Shown here: one piece after another, positions 11,474-22,329 of the stretch | How positions within the stretch are numbered: the stretch's first letter is position 1 | Layout: each line of letters starts with the position of its first letter | DNA from: Camelus dromedarius | Lineage: Eukaryota | NCBI RefSeq assembly: GCF_036321535.1 | Contig: NC_087436.1 | Coordinates: 82,772,001-82,836,000, forward strand | Reading direction: 5' to 3' | DNA length: 64,000 nt | The notes under the pieces: model-generated | The model's input: the letters and a program-made list of their open reading frames with translations, nothing else | Told to the model about the DNA's origin: nothing | Database searches by the model: none | Position numbers and translations under genes: made by a program

Positions 11474-12430
11474 GTAAACAGAATTATTCTTCTCAAATAA
11501 ACCCCTTTCCACTCTGTAAAGAGAAAAGTCAATACGAGGAAAATTTTAACTGTCAAAATATTCTTGTGTCCCTGGGGTGGAAATGGAAAAATCACACCAC
11601 ACAATTTTGGCACCTGAATTCCCCCAAGGTGATAGAAAAGAGAAAACACTTCCAAATGGAAACCTGTTTCTCTTCGCTACGATTTCTTCCTTTAGAGGGA
11701 TGAGTGAAACTTCTGGGAGATTGTTCTTGGCCAACAATATTCTCCCACATGTGCACGTGAGAACAAAGCGGTAAATGAGGGAGAAAACGAAAGGGAAGTG
11801 GGTCAACGCGTCTCGATGGGGAATTCTGTGTACATGGAGTTAGCTTTCTGTATGCAACCAGAGTTCAACATGTACCCTCGGCTTTTCATGTCACCAAATT
11901 GCAGCTTACTTCTGCCTACCACGGTTTCTTCTGGCAGTCTCAGAAAATTCTGCTCCAAAAAGTAACAATCTTCTGTTCTCTATCTCAGCTGAAAATTACA
12001 AAGGAGAAAACTGCAAGCTTAAGAGCCTGAATGTTCATGCTGTGAGTTTTGCCTGTTTGACATTCAGCATGAATACTGTAAACTCTGCCTTTCTCCTAAT
12101 GCCCTGTCTCCTCCCACTTGAAAATACTTCTGAGTGCTCTATTTCTGTTGAAATTTGGTTTAAAAAATTGATACACCCTGGGGGAGAGAGCGATTGACAA
12201 CCATCCTCAAGGAAAACTGATTTAGGGATCGGCAGAAAAGAAAGGAACCGGCCGCTCTCTTCAGGAGCTGGCTGACACACGCCCTCCTGTGGTTACTGGA
12301 AGTACTACCACTTGTCAGATGCAGAAGCAGACTTAACCCAAGTGAAAAATACCTTGTTGTTTTGAAAAGAGAACCAGAAAGCGTCCTAGTAAGATATAAA
12401 CCCATCTTAATATAATGTTGTATTTTGTAG

Positions 12431-12523
12431 ATAACGTACAAAGGCCACCATGAGAAACATGGGTATTATATGTTTAAGTATGTTTACACATCACCTGGGA
12501 GGAAAAATCAAACTGACATGAAG
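12431..12523 (+). CDS. MEPE: MEPE 93-nt cassette exon (ITYKGHHEKHGYYMFKYVYTSPGRKNQTDMK)
   Basis: Acceptor attttgtag|, open 31 codons, phase 0/0, donor AAG|GTAAGC; corresponds to the additional placental MEPE coding exon of the long isoform. Confidence 0.9.
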
Positions 12524-13239
12524 GTAAGCTGAATCCTGGTGATTCTTAACATGAGCCAAACTCTGGACTAACACTGGGAGAAACTGAAGGGGAGACAAAG
12601 CTTACTTTCGCCTGCTCTGGGGTTTCTGTCTGTGGCTGGTGCCTTTGTTCTTCCCCGACGGTTCCAGGCTCCCCAGAGTCCCTGAGTCTTGCTGACACAG
12701 ATGGGCCACCACATGCCCTGGCCCCAATCCTGCCCGCTTCGGGACCTCCCATGGCAGGTGTGGTACTGGCGGGTCCCAGACACCCGTGAGTTTTTCATGT
12801 TATCGCTTCTGAGTAAAGTTTGATCTTTTATAAGGAGGTGTTCTGGACATAATTTACCATATACTCTAATGAGGGGCTGGGGGATTAGAAGGAAGTCTTT
12901 TTGGCCTAAAACGTGACATGTTAGTGTCCCTTAAATTCACTCCTCAGCTGACTCCATCTGTGTCAGGATCCTTGGGGGAGAAAGAACTGGGACTTTGTCA
13001 CTGGAAAAAAACAATAGTTCTTTTCACTCGGTCCCTTCTTGCAGATTCACTGGCCAAAGAGCTAGAAACAGTTTAAAATGCCATCAGCAAAAAGACCATT
13101 TACTTTCTCCAAATCTGGCTTCATTTCCCAGGGAAGTAGTAGTTTCCCTTCAGAAGGTTATTTTGTTCTGCTCAGAATTCTTCAGCTGTATCTCTGTGAT
13201 TTAGCATCTCCAAGACTAATTGCCTTTTAAACTTCTTTA

Positions 13240-13590
13240 AATATCTGCTGAGCTCTTCCTATGGTACAAGATATTATGTGTGATAAAATGATTGTGAAAA
13301 CTTAACTCTTTCCCTCCAGGATTTTAGAGTTAGAAAAGAAACAAAAGGCACTTACAAAAATTACTATAATCCGAGACAGCATGTGCAAAGTGCCCTGTGA
13401 GTTGTACCCAAAGAATCATGCTTTAGGGCTTGGGGTAGAAAAGACTAGTTCCTAGTCTGGTGTTCAGGGAAAGCTACAGAATGGGAGTAACTGAGCTGGG
13501 CCTTGAAGGATGAGTAGGATTTGAGCAAACAATTGTGTGAGAGAGGCCATGAAAAGAATAATACGAACCAAGGCACAGAGACAGGACAGC
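13240..13590 (-). mobile_element. LINE-2 fragment
   Basis: tgagctgggccttgaaggatgagtaggattt...aaggcacagagacagga, typical antisense L2. Confidence 0.75.
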
Positions 13591-16232
13591 AGACCAGCCA
13601 AGAGATACGCTGACGCTAAAACCGTCATAGAGTCAACAGTGCGATCAGAAGTCATGCGGCAGAAGCAAATGCAGAAATGACTGACCATCACATGCCACAA
13701 CTTGAAAGCTGTTTCATGCTTTTATTTCTAAAAGAACTCTATTCTGTCTTTAAAGAAATGCACACAGATTACTAGCATACAGGCTACTGTTTTAAAGGCA
13801 GTAAAAGCACCAAATATAAAACAAAATGTCCTGCTTCAGAAAAGGAAGGGGAAAAAATTAAGAAGAGATTATTATAGTGCACCTGTTTAACTCAAAAGTG
13901 CACATTAGCCGTGAGCAAATGAACTTGGCTGCAAAGGAAAACACAAATGCCCATGAAAACTTTCCAAGATTTAACGTTTCAAAGTAAGTCAAATATTTTA
14001 AATCCTTTTTATTCAGAAATGACTTATTATGGAGTTCTTTTCTATTTTATTTTTCCTCATGAGAAAAGTCTTACCTATTTTCAGAATATACCTGCCAATA
14101 TAAAAGGTTAGTGAATAATGGTAAATCTTCCCAAATAAGTCATTTCAAATTACATCCTAAAAACACTACACGTTGGAACTTCTGTGTGCTGTGTGTTAGC
14201 CAGCTTCATAAGAATAGAGGACACTTCTGTAAACCATTTTTATCTTGAGAGTCAAGTGTAAGCTGACTCAGCAGTTCCCAGGTGCTTCCATCAGTGAAGC
14301 AAGTATATTAAAAGTGAGGAATCCGCCAAGTAGACAGTCCTCCCATTGGGGTGGGTCTGAGGTCTAGCGACCTCCTAAGACAGCTCTGCACGTGTCAGCC
14401 TGGGGAAGAGAAACCTCCAGTGGGTCCCCGGTGAGTAGGGAGGAAAACTGAACTTTCCTAGAAGGGTGGCCTATGAAAGAAGAAATAACCTTAAGAATTG
14501 TTGCTTCGGGAAAAAGGGGGTACTAGTTACTAGTTGAAGGTTTTAAAAAGCTTTTTAAAAATTAGAATAACCATAAATGAAAAGATCTGACCTGAAAATT
14601 AACAAGCAATTAGCACTTAATATGTTCAAGGACAGGCCAGTTGACCACAGGTCGTAGAAACTGGGAAGGATGCAGGCGGGGAGGCTGGACACCCAGCTCT
14701 GTCTCTCACTGATATACCCAGTTCTCAGGTTCCATATCCTCTCAATATCAATGTGGCTAATATTAAAGTTATCTTTTTCTCTTGTCTTCATTTTTGCATG
14801 TCAACATTCTAGTTATTAACCCTTCTTTTATTTGGACACCAGTAGGAGGTTTTTCTTTGTAACGTTTTTCTTTGGCGTAATCTTAATCTAAGTGATTACA
14901 GCTCATTCCTGGACCTGCAGCATCCTCCAAACTGTTCTTTCTCACCACAATTTCTCCTAAACCTCTGATTTTTATTTTGTTACTCTCTTGCTTATGCACC
15001 TTCACTAGCCCTTCATCCCCTGCAAAATAAAATCAAATTCTTATCTCTGGAATCCCAGGTTCTACGAATCCCTGACACTGTGTAAATCTGTGCAAACCCT
15101 GATTAAATATGAGGTCTCTGCCCCACCACCTCACCCTTACCCTCCACACCCCTGCAGAACTGTTAACCTCTGCCATTCAAGAAGTCATCAGGGATTCCTT
15201 AGACCATGTAGCACCCAGCCCAGCTTCTCACATGTGCTGATCCCTCGATAAATATCTTATTTTGATTTTAGTTCAAAGGCTTCTGTAGTGGTGGTGTAAA
15301 TTTTAGCTCACCCAACAAGTCTGAGGTGGAGAGAAACTATGATTCTGTTTATAATTGTTCTGTTGCTCAAGAGCTCCTCCCCATGGGTCAATGGAAGGGG
15401 GAGGGAGCATGCAGAAATTAATTTAAATTCAACCTGTGTAAACTTGAGGTTATCTAATCATTGAAGTAGTTCTTTAAGTTAATCCTTCAGTCTCTCTGGG
15501 ATAAAAATGCTTGGATCCTCACTCTCCTCCCTTCTCCCTCTAAGCTGGCATGCACACCTAAGAGGGAGTAGGGTATGGCTTACACCATCCCCTACAGATC
15601 ACATACCACGTGTACAAACATGGCTTACGCCATAGCGCACAGGAAGACATGGAATCCTCAGACACGCATAGGGCAATGTTGCTTGACCACTTGTGTGCTG
15701 CTGGCCCGCTGGTACCCTAAGATGAAGTTGCTGGCTACCACAGCTTAGGACCAAACAGTACAGTCTTGGTTGGGACCTAGTGATGATTCAGCCTCTCTTG
15801 GCTCTCATGCCAAATTAGACGCCTCTTTGAGTATGACTCACATTTGTCCCAAGTGTACACACTTCATCTACATCTCCTTTTAGAGCCACCTCACTCCCTC
15901 CACAGTGACACTCCCTGGAAAGCTCCCAACCACTCTCAGATGCTTCCACATCCAGCCTGTGCAGAGGAACAGTGAGCAGCACGGGAAAAATCAGTCTCAG
16001 CCCCTCTTTCTTCTCAACCACATTGTTCAAGCGTCTTGCACCTGGGCTGCACCTCAGGTTGGCAAGGCGCAGCCTGTGACATCACCTGTACAGACCTTCC
16101 CCCCAAAAGATGGACAAATTGAGATACAAACGTAGACACTTACTCTTCTTCTCCATGTTCCCTTTCTCTTCCCATTATTCTCTCAGGGACTTTTCTTGTC
16201 TGGACCTCCCTTACTTACACTTATGATCACAA

Positions 16233-16420
16233 AGAGAAGTTCTCAGAGTGTGGTCTACAGACCAGCAGACTCAACCTCATTTGGGAACTTGTCACGAATG
16301 CAAATTCTGGACCACGCTCCCAGCCTATGCATCAGACACTCTGGCCGTTGGATCCAACAATCTTTGTTTTAGTAAGCCTTCCAAATAGTTCTGATGATGC
16401 TACATTTTGAGGTCCTATTG
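16233..16420. mobile_element. MER5A (hAT-Charlie MITE)
   Basis: ttctcagagtgtggtc...gaccagcag...tgggaacttgt...aatgcaaattct...aagccttcca...ttctgatg, collinear with MER5A. Confidence 0.85.
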
Positions 16421-16594
16421 ATCTAGACAGTCAAATTTGGTTTATTACATGATAAAAGAGGAAGAAGATGAAATGAATGAGTTCTTTTTCAGACAGTAGC
16501 TTGGGTCACCAACAGTTGTTGCAGAATCCTTTGTTTGAATGACAGAAGCTGAATATCACCTAGACTCTTCTATTTGGATAGTTTCTATTTAAAA

Positions 16595-16725
16595 AGAAGA
16601 AAGAGAGAGAGAGAGAGAAAGGAAGGAAGGGAGGGAGGGAGAAGAAATGAAAAGATTTATACCTTTGAAGACCAGGGCAAAGCAAAGAGAGAGCATAGGG
16701 GGAGGGAGAGAGAATGAGAGAGAGA
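16595..16725. repeat. Purine-rich simple repeats (GA)n/(GGAA)n/(GGGA)n
   Basis: Seen directly. Confidence 0.85.
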
Positions 16726-17208
16726 ATAATTATGTTTGAAAGATGAATTCCATTTCACCTGCAATGACTCCCCAGTTACAACATAAGGACCACACTCGTC
16801 CTCCTTAAATTCAGGTCGTCCTTCAAAATCTGCATTTCCAAATTTATTTCTTATTCTCTTCTTTAGGATTTTTCTATTCCAACCTCACAGCTTTATTCAT
16901 GTTATCTTTCAAACGTTTCTTGTTTCCAAACATTTGAATATGCCACTTATTCTTAAGATGTTCTCACCACTCCCCTTTCATGCACTGGAATCTTACCCAT
17001 CTTTCCAGCCTTGCTCGTTCTTCTTTTTCCATGAAACCTGCTTTGGCCATTCCAGAATTATCTCTACCAACAAACCTCTATTGAGTTAATGGTCTCTTTT
17101 TATTAAGTATCTTGTGGTTTTATTTAAAGTACTATTATTGCCTAAGAATTATTAGACTTAAAAAATTTAACATAAAAGAGTCACTTTATGTTGAAAATTA
17201 CCCTTTAG

Positions 17209-18672
17209 CAGGAAGGAAAGAACAAAGACAATACTGCTCTTCACCGTTCCGGCAAGAGACACCAAGAGCCTGCCCCTAGAGAAAACACTGTCCAGGAAAA
17301 CGAGAAAGCCTTGTCCCTTCTTGGAGCCAATGAAATTAACAAAAGCACTAAACCCCCAAATCTTTTTGAAAACAGACCGACCACGAATGAAGACTACAGT
17401 ATTAGTAACAAAGAAAACGCCCACAGTGACCTAAAGATGTCCACTTACCCTGAACTGACTGGGAATCACAGGGCTGAGGGGGGACACAGTGCTGTCAGCA
17501 AACTTCATGACCAAGAGGAATACGGCCCAGCGCTCATCCGAAATAGCATGCAACACGCAGTGGAGCCGGGGGCTGTGACTGAACTCTTGGAAGAAAACAA
17601 GAACAAACCCAAGAATGTTCTAAGCAAGATTCCAACAGCTGTAAACTATGCTAAGGCCCCCTCAAAAATTAAGAAGAACCATCAAAGTGATTCCCGAGCC
17701 CAGAACACTCTAGTGAAAAGCAGAAGTGCCCACCATGTCCAGCACCACATGGACTATCTAAAACAGCCCCCCAAAGTCAAAAAAGTACCCAGTGACTTTG
17801 AAGGCAGTGGTTACCCAGATCTTCAAGGAAGGGGGGACAATGATATCGCTCCTTTCAGTGGAGATGGTCCACCTTTTAAGGACATTTCTGGTAAAGGAGA
17901 AGCTATTGGTCCTGACCGGGAAGATGCAGAGAGTCAAACAGAGTTTTCCAGCCCAAGTGAAGTCGAGACCATCACCCCCGATGCAAGAGGACCAGGTTAC
18001 AATGAGATCCCGGAGAAGGAAGGAAATGGCAGGAATACGATTGGAACCAGGGATGAAACAGCCAAAGAGGCAAATGCCGGTGATGTAAGCCTAGTGGAGG
18101 GCAGCAACGACATCATAGGTAGCACCGATTTTAAGAAACTCCCTGGAAAAGAAGGAAACAGAGTGGATGGCGGCAGCCAAAGTGTTCATCAAGGGAAAAT
18201 AGAGTTTCATTACCCTCACACACCCTCAAAAGACAAAAGAAAAGATGGCAGTAGCAATGGGGCTGAAAGTACGAATTATAATGAAATTCCCAAAAATGGC
18301 AAAGGTAGTAGCAGAAAAGGCACAGACCATTTCAATAGGAAGCAAGTGACTTCAAATGAAGAACAAACATTTCCAAGTAAGGGCAAAGGTCAGGGCCGGC
18401 TCATTCCTTCTCCTGGTTTTGACAATGACTTTAAAAATGAAATAGGTTCCCATAATGGCCGCAATAATGAGGGGACCATAACACACAGCAGGAAAAATCA
18501 CTATGTACCCCACAGAGAAAGTAATTCTACGTGGAATAAGGGTATGCCCCAAAGGAAAGGGTCCTGGGGTTACAGAAGACCCCATTACAGTAGGAGGGCT
18601 CGGCCCCCTAAAAGGCACGACAGTAGTGAATCATCTGACAGTGGCAGTTCGAGTGAGAGCGATGGTGACTAG
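17209..18672 (+). CDS. MEPE: MEPE terminal coding exon (487 aa; RGD 17830-17838, SGDG 17857-17868, ASARM 18613-18669)
   Basis: Acceptor cctttag|CAG; frame open from QEGKNKDN through the 453-aa ORF to TAG; contains KLHDQEEYG, DFEGSGY, DLQGRGDNDIAPFSGDG and C-terminal DSSESSDSGSSSESDGD. Confidence 0.99.
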   Translation, partial: QEGKNKDNTALHRSGKRHQEPAPRENTVQENEKALSLLGANEINKSTKPPNLFENRPTTNEDYSISNKENAHSDLKMSTYPELTGNHRAEGGHSAVSKLHDQEEYGPALIRNSMQHAVEPGAVTELLEENKNKPKNVLSKIPTAVNYAKAPSKIKKNHQSDSRAQNTLVKSRSAHHVQHHMDYLKQPPKVKKVPSDFEGSGYPDLQGRGDNDIAPFSGDGPPFKDISGKGEAIGPDREDAESQTEFSSPSEVETITPDARGPGYNEIPEKEGNGRNTIGTRDETAKEANAGDVSLVEGSNDIIGSTDFKKLPGKEGNRVDGGSQSVHQGKIEFHYPHTPSKDKRKDGSSNGAESTNYNEIPKNGKGSSRKGTDHFNRKQVTSNEEQTFPSKGKGQGRLIPSPGFDNDFKNEIGSHNGRNNEGTITHSRKNHYVPHRESNSTWNKGMPQRKGSWGYRRPHYSRRARPPKRHDSSESSDSGSSSESDGD

Positions 18673-18889
18673 GAATTCCCAGCAGGACAAAGGGGCGAAC
18701 ACTAGTGGTCTGGGACTTGATGCTCTAGAGGAGAGCCACGTGGTAACGGACCGGCTGAAGGACCCAGCCGGCACTGAACACACCAGGGAACCCGGCCTCC
18801 TGAGGAGGGCTGTTGCAATTTTCATGGTCGTAGAATGAAATCCTGTTCAAAGTTTTGATGCTTTATGAAATCCTAGTCAAGGTTATGAC

Positions 18890-19060
18890 TAAACAACAAT
18901 GTCCTACCGTATAGCACAGGGAATTATATTCAATACCTTGTAATGGCCTATAGTGGAAAAGAAGATGAAAAGGAATATATACATGTATAACAGAATCGCT
19001 ATGCTGTACACCAGAAACTAACACAATGTTGTAAATCTATACTATACTTCAGTTAAAAAA
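18890..19060 (+). mobile_element. L1 3'-end fragment inside the MEPE 3'UTR
   Basis: gtatagcacagggaattatattcaatacc...gctgtacaccagaaactaacacaatgttgtaaatc, same family as 1935-2252; ttatga on both flanks. Confidence 0.88.
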
Positions 19061-19079
19061 TTATGATACTTTATTAAGG

Positions 19080-19226
19080 AATAAAATTCATTAAGGATTT
19101 CTGGAATAGGTAACATTTAAACAGGTATCATTTAAAAATAGGTTGTGAGTGTCATAAAATTCTCCCTCTGTTGTTTGCTCTGTAGACATGAAATACAGTA
19201 TCTCTTGTATGATAATCTGTAATAAA
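19080..19226 (+). terminator. MEPE: Candidate MEPE polyadenylation signals: AATAAA 19080-19085, AATACA 19192-19197, AATAAA 19221-19226
   Basis: Hexamers 400-550 nt after the stop codon; which is used cannot be determined from sequence. Confidence 0.6.
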
Positions 19227-19624
19227 ATGATTGATAAGAAAGTCTGTCATCTGCGGTGCTTCATTTCAGGGGCAACAGATGAGGTCTGCCTCTGGCAAAG
19301 GCGGTGGCTGTGAAATGAACTGACTGCATAAAGCAAGCATCACAGCCCCCCTGCATCCCGCCTGGCTTACGTCAGCATTTCCCCTTTCCTCTGACCTCCC
19401 TCGGCTCTAATAAAGAGATCCTGCTTCGTGTCCTTGTATGCCCTTTCCTCTGTTGCTTGTTTGTAACATCTGATAGAGTAAATTTTATTTCCTGAAGTGA
19501 CTCTCCATGTTATCACTTTTCTCAGTTCTACCTCCTTCCGGACAAAGAGGGGAATGGGGTGGAGGGAGGGCACCAGGGAGGATATGAGAAGCAGAAGCAC
19601 AAATGCGAAGCCAAGACAAAAACT

Positions 19625-20978
19625 TTCTTCGGCAGATACTTTCGTCGCTGATCCCAATCATTTCAGGCCTGTTTCTTTATACTGATCTTCAGCATAGATG
19701 TTTTTCCAGCTAATGGCCTTGTGACGCCGTTCTGGAAATCAGCCCTAAGCCTCCTGGTCCGAGTGGGGAGCGAGTTCTGGAAGCTTTTTGCTCTTCTCCG
19801 TAAGAGAACATATACAGCTAGTCCCACCTTTCATCTCTGCTTACTCCATTCTTCTTTGCTTAACATCAGCACGATGCTTGGGGGTGCAGGAGCCATTGTG
19901 TGACCGTGAAGGGAGGGTGTGAGATCAGAAAATACATATCTTAGTCTCTGCAACCAGTTCCTGCCACAAAACTCCTAAAACCTGTGTAATTTCCTAAGTG
20001 ATAAAAGCACTAGGAGCATCTTTGTTCCAAGATTTGGTCTTTGACCCCAGTTCCTGACACAGAGTTCCTAAATCCCTTGGAATTTCCTGGGTGACAGCAA
20101 TGTCTCTTGTTCTAATGAGGTGACTCTGGGTGGGCTCTTGGATGAGGGCTGGTCACCAGAAAGACCAAGTGATGATTAGAAGCTTAAAAGTTACAACCCT
20201 CCTCCCCAATTCTCCATAGAGGGGAGAGGGGCTGGAAATGGAGTTTATGGTTGATTATGCCTATGTGATAAAAATCCCTAACCTGTGGAGTTCAGGGAGC
20301 GTCCAAGTGTGCGAACATGTGGAGGTGATGGGGGAGTGGCCCACCCAGAGAGAGCGTGGAAACTCCAAGCCCCTTCCCACATACCTTGCCCTGCGCATTT
20401 GTCCATCTGGGTGTCCATCTGTACCCTTCATCATGTCCCCTTACAATAAACTGGTGAACAGTAATAAACCACTTTCCTCCATTCTGTGAGCCACTCTAGG
20501 AAATTAATGGAATCCAAGGAGGAGGTCTTGGAAACCTCCCATCTATAGCCAATAGGTCGGAAGCACAAGTGACAGTCTGGACTTACAATCAGCATCTGAA
20601 GTGGGGGAGGGAGGATCTGGTGGGACTCAGCCCTGGACCTGTGGGATCTGATGCTACCTCTGGGTAGACAGTGTCAGAACTGAGTTCAACTGTAGGGCAT
20701 CCAGCCGGTGTCACAGAAGCGCTTGGTGTGGGGGGAAAAGACCCCGCACATCTGGTGTTGGAGTGTGGTGCATGTGATAGCCGTGTGAGAGCAAACGGGA
20801 TAGACAGGAGTGTAGGTTTTCTAACACAAAAGGACAGAAGACTCACAGGCATGCCCCTAAACCAGCCCCATCAGCCTCTTGCCTTCAGTGTGTTTATTCT
20901 GTAACACAATTTTCTATTGGTTAAGCGACTGTTCTTTTTTTGGTTATCAACAGCTGAATTGAATTCCTAATGGATACA
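19625..20978 (+). mobile_element. MLT1 (MaLR) LTR split by a MER21 insertion
   Basis: Left half gatgcttgggggtgcaggagccattgtgtgacc; right half ttaagcgactg...cagctgaa...ttcctaatggataca, the typical MLT1 3' end. Confidence 0.65.
19918..20828 (+). mobile_element. MER21-family solo LTR, near full length
   Basis: TG...CA termini; tttggtctttgaccccagttcctgacacagagttcctaaatcccttggaatttcctgggtga; internal AATAAA; tgtgggatctgatgctacctc...gtgtcagaactgagtt. Confidence 0.85.
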
Positions 20979-21297
20979 CCTCTCCATTGGTGGCATTCTT
21001 CATAGGGAGAAGGTCCCAGAGAAGAAGAAGAGCGGGCTGGGGACAGGGTAAGAGACAAGCTCTTGTCTCTTTGAGATGAAAGTTCCCAGACGGCAGAAAT
21101 CATGAGTGCACTTTCCATATAGCACCTAGTTTGTTGAGTTGAATAATCTGTGTGACACAGATAAATAGAAGTCAATGTCAGTACATTAGGGTGCCTTCAA
21201 AAAATCTAAACCCCCACAATGGGTAGATAGAAGTTGCTTTTTTTAAACTAAATAAAAGCTGTAGTATAAGCTATGGAATAAATCAGATACATACAAA

Positions 21298-21500
21298 GAA
21301 TAACAGCTAACATGTGCCATGCTCAGTTAAATCCTCTAATCTGCACAGACACCCTATTATACAAGTAGTATCATTATCCCCCATTTACAGATGAGGAAAC
21401 TGAGGCACAGAGCTGTTAGTAAATGATTCAACTAGTAAGCTAGGGTTTGCGTCCAAGCAGTCAGGCTCCAGAGTCTTTGTTCTTAAGCATTCACTGCACT
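21298..21500 (-). mobile_element. MIR SINE
   Basis: attatcccccatttacagatgaggaaactgaggcacaga core. Confidence 0.9.
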
Positions 21501-21608
21501 ATCATATGTCACGTAGACAGAATACATCATATTCTGTAAAGTATGTATATGTAGACAGATATGTGGAGAGTGTGTGTATACATCTATGCACATACTTGAA
21601 TATGTGTG

Positions 21609-21611
<3 letters not shown>

Positions 21612-21639
<28 letters not shown>
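21612..21639. repeat. (GT)14 microsatellite
   Basis: Seen directly. Confidence 0.95.
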
Positions 21640-22329
21640 ATCAAGAGAGAACCTAAAATAAATGCTACTTGGAACCTGGAAACTACCTTTTACCCCTCAT
21701 TTCTTCTCCATCTTCCAGGTATAACAGAAACTGGTATCAATGGAAACATTTAACGTATTGCCTAATAAACTAGTCACCATCATAATTCCGGAATAAACTA
21801 TTCTTAGTACTTTGCTTTTGTTTTTTTTAGAAAAAAAGACATTTTGGGCACACACACACATACACACAACTAGAGGCAGTTAGAGAAGTAAACTATGTTA
21901 GTTTTTAAATTGCGGATAAATGACTTGAAATCAACCCGCCAGTGCTATCCCAGATTATGTCAGACTTTCACATGCGAGTGGTCTGATCACATAAAAACAC
22001 CGGGTGTTGTAAAGGAAACAACGCAAATCCAGATTTCAGCCATCAAGCTGCACTAGCTTCATTTATATTTTTTCAAATAAATTTCCAAAATAGGACAGAA
22101 CATCTCAGCCTCACCAAGCGGCCTTATATGCAATTACTGAAGTGGACATAGTCTGCCACCTTGTGCCCAAAAAGAAAAGATCACTCCAGGCTCTGGAATT
22201 TATTTCCACACACGCTGCTCTCTCGAACCTCAACTTTTTAGATTTCTCTGCTTGCAAATATGCGCCTTGGTTCTGCAGCCCTAATTCAACTGTTGGCAAC
22301 TCCAGCCAGTTAAGATACCTGATTCTGTT

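Noticed and set aside
17311..18672. 453-aa ORF as a standalone single-exon gene starting at TTG
   Set aside because: It is the terminal exon of spliced MEPE; the frame is open from the acceptor at 17209 and the true start is ATG 6499
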